The notes under the pieces were generated by a model, which did no database searches, had not been told where the DNA came from, and worked only from the letters and a program-made list of their open reading frames with translations. Source: a virus (taxonomy: Duplodnaviria > Caudoviricetes). From it: a stretch of 60,505 bases of DNA. A program made the position numbers and the translations under genes. The first letter of the stretch is position 1. Every line of letters starts with the position of its first letter. Where the stretch lies: positions 1 to 60,505 of IMG/VR virus record IMGVR_UViG_3300010354_000095. One strand, given 5' to 3'. This document shows positions 9,964 to 17,535 of this stretch, piece after piece.

Positions 9964-10265
9964 AAAAATATATTGTTGATATCGACGGTACTATTTGTAA
10001 TACATCAAATGGCAATTATGAAAACTCACAACCATTTGCTGATCGTATCGAACATTTTAATAAATTATTTGATGAAGGTAATGAGATACATTACTGGACA
10101 GCCAGAGGGTCGGTTTCGGGTAAAGATTGGTCAGAGCTCACTGAACAACAACTTAAAAAATGGGGTGTAAAATATACCACATTACAACTCAAAAAGCCTC
10201 ATTATGATATCTGGATCGATGACAAAGCAATGAATGTTGATCACTATTTTAAATCGAACAACTAG
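9960..10265 (+). CDS. Minimal HAD-superfamily phosphatase
   Basis: DIDGT (motif I), WTARG (II) and KP..DIWIDDKA (III/IV). Confidence 0.85.
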   Translation: MKKYIVDIDGTICNTSNGNYENSQPFADRIEHFNKLFDEGNEIHYWTARGSVSGKDWSELTEQQLKKWGVKYTTLQLKKPHYDIWIDDKAMNVDHYFKSNN

Positions 10266-10740
10266 TCTCTGCTTCTTGAATTTTGCCTACGATTTCTTGA
10301 TTACTTAATGTCCTATAGACACCGGGATGTAATGGCTTAGGTAAAGCATCCAATGGTAACCAAGCATACCCAGAATGTTCTTGATTTAGCTTAGGTAAAA
10401 ATTCATATTCAACTGCAACAAAATAAGTGTGGTACATGAATTTTTCGTTTTTACTAGTAAAAATTTCAATAGGTACAAAATTAGGCGAGTAAATTTTACC
10501 GCCTAATTCTTCTTGTATTTCTCTATTCAGCCCTTCTACCAGAGTTTCGTTCTGGTTTATTTTTCCCCCGGGTAGTCCCCAGGTCATGGACCAACTGCCA
10601 GTATTTCTTAATAAGAAAAGATACCTTTTGGTATCTAGTGCGTAAATTAATGTTCCTACTCCCTTGGTCAGGGAACGAAACTCCAAGCCCCTGCGCCGTA
10701 ACGACCCTCCACTGATTTGGTCCATTGATTGTTTTTCCAT
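10249..10740 (-). CDS. Nudix hydrolase (true start probably the TTG at 10686)
   Basis: Nudix box WGLPGGKINQNETLVEGLNREIQEELG; C-terminal EHSGYAW...LHPG. Confidence 0.9.
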   Translation of the reverse strand: MEKQSMDQISGGSLRRRGLEFRSLTKGVGTLIYALDTKRYLFLLRNTGSWSMTWGLPGGKINQNETLVEGLNREIQEELGGKIYSPNFVPIEIFTSKNEKFMYHTYFVAVEYEFLPKLNQEHSGYAWLPLDALPKPLHPGVYRTLSNQEIVGKIQEAETSCSI

Positions 10741-12047
10741 TTATATTGAGTATTTGTTCTTAAATTTGTCAAATATTTTACAGTACTTACCTCGGAACTG
10801 TCAAAAGCTACAAACCAAAATGCGCCATTGAATTCGATGATATCGTTAGTTCTAGCAATCAATTTGTCATGCCCGGGTCTATTCCAAATTGGTGCACCTT
10901 CTGTTAAGTCGTTGCTACCAATATTATCAAGAATTAAATATCTAGTTCCTACTGCTGGATTCAATAATGTTGAATCTACTGGTACATTGGAAGGATTAAT
11001 AATTGCATTAATCGGATTTAAATTATTTGCCGGTAATGTATCGATGATAGGATTAAAAATTAGTAAACTTTCGTCTGAAGGATGATAACTTACTGTGCCT
11101 ATAATTGTAATGTCGTCTTGTTCTAGACGAATTTCACTAATGCCGTTAGTTAAGGTACCATATTTTTTTATTAGTTCAGGCCAGCTATACAGATCCCCGA
11201 TATTATCACTGTTTTGTGAAAATGGTGTTTGGTTACTTGACAAATACAATCTAAGAGTATTACCTAGATAAACAATATTACAATCCACTGGGGTATATAT
11301 TCGTTTTGATAACAAAACAGAGTTTTCTAAATCGAATGTTCCTTTATCGATATCGATGCTACCCTGTGCATCCCATATACTGGTAATAAATTTTTGTATC
11401 ACTCCTAGTTTTTTAACTTTAGCAGGTGCACTAATCCAAATTGGCAATTCAAAAGTTAAAGTCGCAACATCAATTGGTTCTTCGGTTCCAACCGGAATCG
11501 ACCGACTACTAAAATTAGTATCGGTCAAAGTAATATAAGATAAGCTAGTCCAATCAACAAAATTGTCGGTGCTCTGTAGTTCTAAGCTAGGATTGAATAG
11601 TATAGCGATTTGTTCTAGTAATTGTAATTTTTGTTCAGTGTTACTAGTCCAAATATCCACCTTCAAGGTCAAAGAATATGGAACAGGCATTAATCTTTCG
11701 ACTGTTACCATATCGCCGGGTTGATTAGTATACTCGCCATTATCGTCGACCTCTCTTTGACGAAGGTATAGTTTGCTAACATGAAATGGCTCTTGCAATC
11801 TTTTTTGATCGTATCTTAAACTGTTTATATATACACTCATAGCCGGTACAGAGGCCATAGTGTTTTCACTGTTATTTCTCAGTATAGTTGCCACTTGTCG
11901 ACTGCTATCGCCGTAATAAATTGGAACTCGTAACAAACTACTGTTACCAGATCTATCTTTACCTAGTTCGATTTGAAAATTACTAAGAAGTCTAACAAAT
12001 TGTTGTAAGAATCTTCGTATTTGCCCGGAGTAAAAAAAATGATTCAT
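10668..12047 (-). CDS. Tail sheath stabiliser/terminator, T4 gp15-like, with C-terminal extension
   Basis: FFY..QIRR...F..L.SN, VPIYYG, PVPY.L...DIW and QLLEQI..LFNP; adjacent to the gp14-like gene. Confidence 0.75.
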   Translation of the reverse strand: MNHFFYSGQIRRFLQQFVRLLSNFQIELGKDRSGNSSLLRVPIYYGDSSRQVATILRNNSENTMASVPAMSVYINSLRYDQKRLQEPFHVSKLYLRQREVDDNGEYTNQPGDMVTVERLMPVPYSLTLKVDIWTSNTEQKLQLLEQIAILFNPSLELQSTDNFVDWTSLSYITLTDTNFSSRSIPVGTEEPIDVATLTFELPIWISAPAKVKKLGVIQKFITSIWDAQGSIDIDKGTFDLENSVLLSKRIYTPVDCNIVYLGNTLRLYLSSNQTPFSQNSDNIGDLYSWPELIKKYGTLTNGISEIRLEQDDITIIGTVSYHPSDESLLIFNPIIDTLPANNLNPINAIINPSNVPVDSTLLNPAVGTRYLILDNIGSNDLTEGAPIWNRPGHDKLIARTNDIIEFNGAFWFVAFDSSEVSTVKYLTNLRTNTQYKWKNNQWTKSVEGRYGAGAWSFVP

Positions 12048-12052
12048 GATGA

Positions 12053-13153
12053 TTATTTATAATCTGACCGTGGTCTTAACACTTCGTGTAAGTTTTGTTT
12101 TTCGTCGTGTACATTTTGATTCATATCAACAAAAGTATTTGGATTGTTAACAAAACTATTTCGTAATGTTTTATTATCGTCGTCTCCACTAGTGATATTA
12201 GTTCTTCTTTCGTTTTCGATTTTAATCCAACGCCGACCGTCGAATCTAAATAATCTATTTGGTTTAAAATCTACCCGGAGGCAAAAATCTCCCAATTTGG
12301 GGTTTGCTGGGAATCTTATACCTGAAACTACTGATTCCCCATTGGGCGGTTCTCCGGTTCCGGTTAAATGCCCTTTGATTTTATAATCGGCAGTGGGTTC
12401 GTCTTCTTTGGGTTGATGATACAAATAATCAACATCATAGCCTGACTTTGGGACTTCGTTTTCTGCTTGTTCAATTACTGCATCGTTAATTTGGGTATAT
12501 TGGTCGTAGGTGCTAAGTAAATCTTTTAACGGTGTAAATTGTTCCGAGTCTTCGCCTTGGGCGTTAATATTTTTAAGAATGTCTTTGTATTCTTGACTAT
12601 CAACTAAAGGATTAATTTTGCACCGCCATAGATGTGGCCACCAAGTTGGACTAAATCCTTGACTAGCTCTTGTACAATCTGTAATAACAAAGTATCGTTT
12701 TAATGCTGCGGGTAAACTTGTATCTAAGGTTTCGTAGTCAACTAAATGCATCAATTCTAAGACATCGCCGTTCATTAATTTTCTGCCCAAAGTTTGGACC
12801 ATATCATTTATATGAAATGTGATGAATAATGTCCCGGTTTGTAAAAATAAACCAAATTGTGTAAGATCGAAATCATTGTCGGAAACTGTATATATACCTC
12901 TTAGATTATATACACTGGTATCATACTTTCTATCACGATTTTCTAAAAATAGTAAATCTTGAATATTTTTTTCGCTTTGGTTAATAAACGAAGGTTTAGT
13001 TGCGTCGCCTGTTTGACCTTGCGGTTGTGGTCCAAGATACTTATGAACATGAATACCTGTTCCACCAATGGTGAACAATTCCGAAATTCGACGATCGAAA
13101 AATTTGTAGTCGTTTGTATGTTTACCGTCTTTCCAAAGTGAGAGTCTTGGCAC
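12053..13153 (-). CDS. Neck/head-closure protein, T4 gp14-like
   Basis: DLLFLE, FDLTQFGLF, GDVLEL and YFVI motifs; lies between gp13- and gp15-like genes; GTG start with AAGGA RBS and TAAATA at 13177-13182. Confidence 0.7.
   Translation of the reverse strand: MPRLSLWKDGKHTNDYKFFDRRISELFTIGGTGIHVHKYLGPQPQGQTGDATKPSFINQSEKNIQDLLFLENRDRKYDTSVYNLRGIYTVSDNDFDLTQFGLFLQTGTLFITFHINDMVQTLGRKLMNGDVLELMHLVDYETLDTSLPAALKRYFVITDCTRASQGFSPTWWPHLWRCKINPLVDSQEYKDILKNINAQGEDSEQFTPLKDLLSTYDQYTQINDAVIEQAENEVPKSGYDVDYLYHQPKEDEPTADYKIKGHLTGTGEPPNGESVVSGIRFPANPKLGDFCLRVDFKPNRLFRFDGRRWIKIENERRTNITSGDDDNKTLRNSFVNNPNTFVDMNQNVHDEKQNLHEVLRPRSDYK
12054..12061 (-). promoter_or_regulatory. T4-type late promoter TATAAATA
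   Basis: Exact T4 late consensus on the minus strand, overlapping the gp14 stop, 6 nt before the gp15 ATG. Confidence 0.6.
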
Positions 13154-13187
13154 AATTTAATCCTTAGATTATTAATTATTTATGGGG

Positions 13188-13216
13188 TTGACAGTTCATT
13201 TAATCTAGTTTAAAGT
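13188..13216 (+). promoter_or_regulatory. Sigma70-type promoter, predicted leaderless transcript
   Basis: TTGACA-17-TAAAGT, then 6 nt, then ATG at 13223. Confidence 0.65.
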
Positions 13217-13222
13217 AAATAA

Positions 13223-13486
13223 ATGGACCAGTTCGAACAAGCCAAAAAACGATACGAAGACCTATTGCCGTCAATGACCGCAATCAAAACCAAGGAATTT
13301 CGTAAAGACCTTGCTCGTTTCAGTTGTAATTGTGTTGATACACTGACAGAAATAAGTAAAGAAAGTGTTGTATGTAGACAACGCCGCCAAGTAACAGAAA
13401 AATACAAAAATTTAATTAAAAGTTACATAGAATCAGTGGATAATCTAGAAAAATATATAATGTTAGCCCATCTTTCGGGCGGTTGA
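13223..13486 (+). CDS. Hypothetical protein
   Basis: 87-aa ORF directly behind a promoter. Confidence 0.7.
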   Translation: MDQFEQAKKRYEDLLPSMTAIKTKEFRKDLARFSCNCVDTLTEISKESVVCRQRRQVTEKYKNLIKSYIESVDNLEKYIMLAHLSGG

Positions 13487-13511
13487 CTTTGTACCCAAAA
13501 GAAAGTATAAT
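13483..13511 (+). promoter_or_regulatory. Strong sigma70-type early promoter
   Basis: TTGACT-17-TATAAT; GAGGA RBS before ATG 13540. Confidence 0.8.
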
Positions 13512-13539
13512 ACCTTTTTATTGATAGAGGACTATCTCT

Positions 13540-14709
13540 ATGCCTACAGTAGCCGGCATCAAAATTAAAACTAAAACCACAAAGCCTCGTAACCCACTTT
13601 TTGCAGACGAAAAGTACACTGGTAGCGAACCCGAGTGGCCCAGTGGAGCCGAAGAGTGGCCCAGCGAGGAATTTGATCATTTGCTTCGTAAAAGTTTTTA
13701 CTACTACAACTATTTTTATGAGCAAAAAGATTGCAAACCTCATTTCATTGAGTGGATGAAATCCTCTCAATTTGATCGAGATGTAGTTCGTATTGTTGAA
13801 AAATCCAGTGATAAGATGTTGCCCATGACTGCTTGCAGTCTTATTATGGCACATCGTCGTGGTATGCCTCTACTTCCACGACATATTGAGTTTTTGACCA
13901 AGACCATTGATAGGATTGTTGACAGGGACGATCCTGATGTAGTTGAACAAACCAAAACAGCTACCCCTGAACAAGTAGCACTTAGGCCTACAATTCAGGA
14001 TCGTCTCAATGAAAAGACCAGCGAACAATTGGGCGAGTTCGAAGGCGAGCTAGATAATATCTATCAAAAAAAGGACAGTAAATTTAAAGCATATGATTAT
14101 CTGACAGCTAACAATGTCCCTCAAAGTCAACTAAACAAATTTGAGTCGGTTTTTCGTAAACATCGCAATGAACTCGAATCGGCTCAGTCTAAACAAGACG
14201 AGCAATTGGTTGAAGGTTATAAATTTCTCAAGAGTGCCGATTTTAAAAGAATCATCGGATGGATTGACCAAGTCCTGTCAGATATCGAACAATATCGCGG
14301 TGTTAAGAAAGCTACTAAAAAAGTTAAAGCAAAAAAAGCGCCTAGTAAGGATAAGTTGGTTTCAAAACTCAAATACGCCAAAGAAGATAAAACTTTAAAA
14401 GTAGTCAGCATTAACCCTGCTGACATCATTGGGGCATCTGAACTTTGGATCTACAATAATAAAACTCGAAAGTTGGGCAAATATGTGGCTGCTAGTTATC
14501 AAACTCTAACAGTTAAAGGTACTAGTATTGTTGGTTATGATACTGATAAGAGTGTAAGTAAAACTCTTCGAAAACCCGAAGAGCAACTCAAGGATTTTGC
14601 TAAAGCCGGAAAGGTCGCCTTGAGAACTTATCTTAAAGATATCAAGGCAGTCGAGGTAAAACTCAATGGAAGAATTGGCCCAGATGTTCTGTTGCTAAAG
14701 GTTGCATGA
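13540..14709 (+). CDS. Conserved phage hypothetical protein with Lys-rich C-terminal domain
   Basis: Long ORF with promoter and RBS. The C-terminus (SINPADIIGASELWIYNNKTRKLGKY...KTLRKP) resembles an uncharacterised T4-like phage family, from memory. Confidence 0.75.
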   Translation: MPTVAGIKIKTKTTKPRNPLFADEKYTGSEPEWPSGAEEWPSEEFDHLLRKSFYYYNYFYEQKDCKPHFIEWMKSSQFDRDVVRIVEKSSDKMLPMTACSLIMAHRRGMPLLPRHIEFLTKTIDRIVDRDDPDVVEQTKTATPEQVALRPTIQDRLNEKTSEQLGEFEGELDNIYQKKDSKFKAYDYLTANNVPQSQLNKFESVFRKHRNELESAQSKQDEQLVEGYKFLKSADFKRIIGWIDQVLSDIEQYRGVKKATKKVKAKKAPSKDKLVSKLKYAKEDKTLKVVSINPADIIGASELWIYNNKTRKLGKYVAASYQTLTVKGTSIVGYDTDKSVSKTLRKPEEQLKDFAKAGKVALRTYLKDIKAVEVKLNGRIGPDVLLLKVA

Positions 14710-14710
14710 T

Positions 14711-14752
14711 ATAATCCTATTGCAGTTTAGGTAAATACTGCAACAGGATTAT
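14711..14752 (+). promoter_or_regulatory. Hairpin containing the late promoter element TAAATA and covering the gp13 RBS
   Basis: ATAATCCTATTGCAGT/ACTGCAACAGGATTAT pair at 15 of 16 positions; TAAATA at 14732-14737; AGGA at 14745-14748. Confidence 0.75.
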
Positions 14753-14755
14753 GAT

Positions 14756-15889
14756 ATGGCAACCATAAAAACAGGATTAGACCCTGATTTATTAACTATA
14801 CAAACGGATAGTCTAGGCGGCCCTGGACCGATTGCGTTTGACGATACAACAGTTACTAGTTTATCGTCAAAAAAGAATGAAATAATGGATTATATCCGTC
14901 TAAGGCTAGGGGATGGTATAGTCGATGTTGAGCTAGATAAAGAACACTATGAGCTTGCTATTAAACAAGCCCTTATCAAATACAGACAAAAAGCTAGTAA
15001 TTCGGTTGAAGAAAGCTATGCGTTTTTAAAACTTTTGCCTGAAACACAAGAATATATACTTCCTCGAGAAATAATACAAGTAAAACAGATTTTTCGTAGA
15101 GGAATTGGTTCAGTGACAGGAACTACTGCTAGTCAATTTGAACCATTTGCTTCGGGATATCTAAATACCTACATGTTAGTTGCCGGGCGAGTTGGCGGTT
15201 TTGTTAACTATGAACTTTTTGTTCAATATCAAGAACAAGCCATGAAGATGTTCGGCGGCTACATGAATTTTACCTGGAACACCGTAAGTAAAAAATTAAC
15301 CTTAGTAAGAAAAATGCCAAGCAGCAGTCGTACATATGTTAGACTGTCAAGTGTCACTGCTTCGGGAACAGCGGTCGGCAGCACCATTACTATAGTAACC
15401 GAAGATATATGGAAAGTTAATGTAGGTGGTGTTTTATCGATTTCAAACTCGGTCATTGGTGGATATAACGGCACTTATCTTATACAAACAGTTAATCAGA
15501 CTACTAAAACCGTTACCATTACGGCAACTAGTACACTTGAGGCAACCAGTATCACTGGCTTCGATTTAAGAAAGCTCGAAGTATCGAGTCCGTCAACTGA
15601 TTCTCCGGCAGAAGTTGTGTTACTACATACCTATAATTATAAACCTGATGTAATGTTGTTTAATGATCATATGGCATTCCCTTGGTTACAAGATTATGCT
15701 TATTCAATGGCTAAGATGATAGTAGGTGAAGCACGAAGTAAGTTTGGGCAAGTTGCCGGACCTCAAGGTGCAACTACATTAAATGGTGATACTTTAAAAA
15801 ATGAAGCCAAGGCTGAAATGGAACAGTTGGAAAATGAACTAAAAAATTATGTCGATGGTTCGCAGCCTTTAACTTGGGTAATTGGATAA
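14756..15889 (+). CDS. Neck protein, T4 gp13-like, with inserted beta-rich domain
   Basis: IMDYIRLRLG..IVDVEL, WLQDYA...AKMIVGEARSKF and GP.G.TTLNG..LKNEA..E motifs. Confidence 0.85.
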   Translation: MATIKTGLDPDLLTIQTDSLGGPGPIAFDDTTVTSLSSKKNEIMDYIRLRLGDGIVDVELDKEHYELAIKQALIKYRQKASNSVEESYAFLKLLPETQEYILPREIIQVKQIFRRGIGSVTGTTASQFEPFASGYLNTYMLVAGRVGGFVNYELFVQYQEQAMKMFGGYMNFTWNTVSKKLTLVRKMPSSSRTYVRLSSVTASGTAVGSTITIVTEDIWKVNVGGVLSISNSVIGGYNGTYLIQTVNQTTKTVTITATSTLEATSITGFDLRKLEVSSPSTDSPAEVVLLHTYNYKPDVMLFNDHMAFPWLQDYAYSMAKMIVGEARSKFGQVAGPQGATTLNGDTLKNEAKAEMEQLENELKNYVDGSQPLTWVIG

Positions 15890-16254
15890 TGAAAATAAAT
15901 GAAATAGTGTTTGAGGGCAAAGATAGATCCGATATGCGAAAAATGCATAAACAAGCACTACCGGATTTAGTACAATATGATGTATTAGATAATAATAATC
16001 ATCCTTATTTGGCATATAGATTTGGGGTAGCATTGGCCGGGGCTCCTAGGGCCGATATGGATAAAAAAGGACCTATTGGATCAGCATTTGCGGTAGTTGA
16101 CTATACTGAAGCCGATAAAGAAATTCGTAACGGTGCAGAAAAGATTATTGGAATACGACCAGACCGCAGAACAGGTGCCGGTAGCAAAGAATTACCAAGT
16201 ACACAAATTGTCAGTCCGGTATCTAAGCCTAAAAAGAACAAATATGGTGTTTAA
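15889..16254 (+). CDS. Hypothetical protein, probable internal head protein
   Basis: ATG overlaps the gp13 stop (TAATG); N-terminus MKINEIVFE resembles a cleavable propeptide. Confidence 0.6.
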   Translation: MKINEIVFEGKDRSDMRKMHKQALPDLVQYDVLDNNNHPYLAYRFGVALAGAPRADMDKKGPIGSAFAVVDYTEADKEIRNGAEKIIGIRPDRRTGAGSKELPSTQIVSPVSKPKKNKYGV

Positions 16255-16259
16255 CTTAG

Positions 16260-16287
16260 TTGACAATTCATATTTTTTCTTTACAAT
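16260..16287 (+). promoter_or_regulatory. Sigma70-type promoter, predicted leaderless transcript
   Basis: TTGACA-16-TACAAT, then 6 nt, then ATG at 16294. Confidence 0.6.
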
Positions 16288-16293
16288 AGGTGA

Positions 16294-16497
16294 ATGTTTG
16301 TAAATTTTAAAGTAGCTAACGAAAGATATACTGTTTGTAAAAGTTGTCAATATTTTTCGACCACAATTAAGAGTTGTGCACAATGCGGTTGCTTTATGCC
16401 GGTCAAAGTTACAATTGCTACTATGAAATGCCCTATGAATTATTGGTCAACGAACTCTTTAAGTTCAAAAGATAGAGATTATAAAATCGATGAATAA
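16294..16497 (+). CDS. Small Cys-rich (zinc-binding) protein
   Basis: RY.VC..C...CAQCGCFMP.K.....KCP...W pattern. Confidence 0.75.
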   Translation: MFVNFKVANERYTVCKSCQYFSTTIKSCAQCGCFMPVKVTIATMKCPMNYWSTNSLSSKDRDYKIDE

Positions 16498-17110
16498 AAA
16501 AATTATTGGTCTGTGTGGCTTCATTGGAAGCGGAAAAGATACCGCAGCAGATTATCTAGTTAATTTTCACGGGTTCAAAAGAGAAAGTTTTGCGTCGTCG
16601 CTAAAAGATGCAGTATCAGCAGTTTTCAATTGGGATCGCGAACTATTAGAAGGGCGAACCAATGAGGCTAGAATTTGGAGAGAGCAAAGAGATGATTGGT
16701 GGAGTAATCGTCTAAACATGAATATTACTCCTAGGTGGATACTACAGTATTGGGGAACAGAAGTTTGCCGTAAAGGATTTCATAATGACATTTGGATTGC
16801 TAATTTAGAGAATAAACTTAGCATGTCTAAAGATAATATTGTGATCAGTGATTGTAGATTTTCTAATGAAATTCAAAGTTTAAAAGAACAAGGTGCCAAA
16901 ATAATTTGGATTCAAAGAGGCGAGTTACCTCGGTGGTACACAACCGCAGTTGAAGCTAACCAAGGCAATGAAAGAGCCCTCGAACAGTTAAATGCCGAAA
17001 AAATTCATGCCAGTGAATACAGTTGGGCCGGAACTAATTTCGATATGATCATCGATAATAATCATAGTATTGAACACCTATATAATCAACTTAAAAATCT
17101 GGTACAATAG
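16490..17110 (+). CDS. Deoxynucleoside monophosphate kinase (T4 gp1-like)
   Basis: IIGLCGFIGSGKDT P-loop, FA..LKD, TPR.ILQ..GTE..R, ISDCRF.NE and HASE. Confidence 0.92.
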   Translation: MNKKIIGLCGFIGSGKDTAADYLVNFHGFKRESFASSLKDAVSAVFNWDRELLEGRTNEARIWREQRDDWWSNRLNMNITPRWILQYWGTEVCRKGFHNDIWIANLENKLSMSKDNIVISDCRFSNEIQSLKEQGAKIIWIQRGELPRWYTTAVEANQGNERALEQLNAEKIHASEYSWAGTNFDMIIDNNHSIEHLYNQLKNLVQ

Positions 17111-17431
17111 GCCCAGGTTTCCAACTAGTTTTAGAAACTTCAAGTTGACAGTTTAAGCATACTGTTTTTAAATTAGTCCAATTTACATTATTAGTATTAC
17201 CATCGGCATAATAGACATTTGACTGATCTAAAATTTAAATTTAAATCCGCACTTATCACATCTATCTTTTTTTCTAAAACCCGAGCGATACCAATTTGGT
17301 GCCTCGGGTTTTAATTTTCGTCCTTTGTGAATACAACTAGTGCATAGTGTTCTGTAGTAAGGTTTTCCTTTGCGGTAGTAATTTAAAGCACAGGGGAAAT
17401 GTTTACATATAGGACATATTTTTCGTTGCAT
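17091..17431 (-). pseudogene. Zn-finger/HNH-like endonuclease gene interrupted by a 1-nt frameshift near 17230
   Basis: The ORF stops at ...CDKCGFKFKF-TAG. The -1 frame continues LDQSNVYYADGNTNNVNWTNLKTVCLNCQLEVSKTSWKPGPIVPDF-TAA(17091), a typical HNH C-terminal half. Confidence 0.75.
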
Positions 17432-17498
17432 TTAAATATTTATTGTGGAAAGGACCGAGTAAAGGACCGCTAATACAGCCTTTTTTCACATTTAAAAA

Positions 17499-17504
17499 TA
17501 AATA
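17499..17504 (+). promoter_or_regulatory. Late promoter element TAAATA for the tail sheath gene
   Basis: ATAAATA about 30 nt before the ATG, followed by an AAGGA RBS. Confidence 0.55.
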
Positions 17505-17535
17505 ACTACAACAACGTTTATAAAGGACGACGATT

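Noticed and set aside
4448-10265. Bacterial LPS locus, implying a host chromosome or prophage boundary
   Set aside because: It is flanked on both sides by virion genes with similar composition and promoter style, and no integrase, att site or housekeeping genes are visible.
17228-17230. TAG stop-codon reassignment
   Set aside because: Reading through this TAG stays in the wrong frame and stops soon after; the HNH half needs a frameshift. Long genes are intact under code 11, and several end normally in TAG (17110, 26632, 34435, 42983, 46829).
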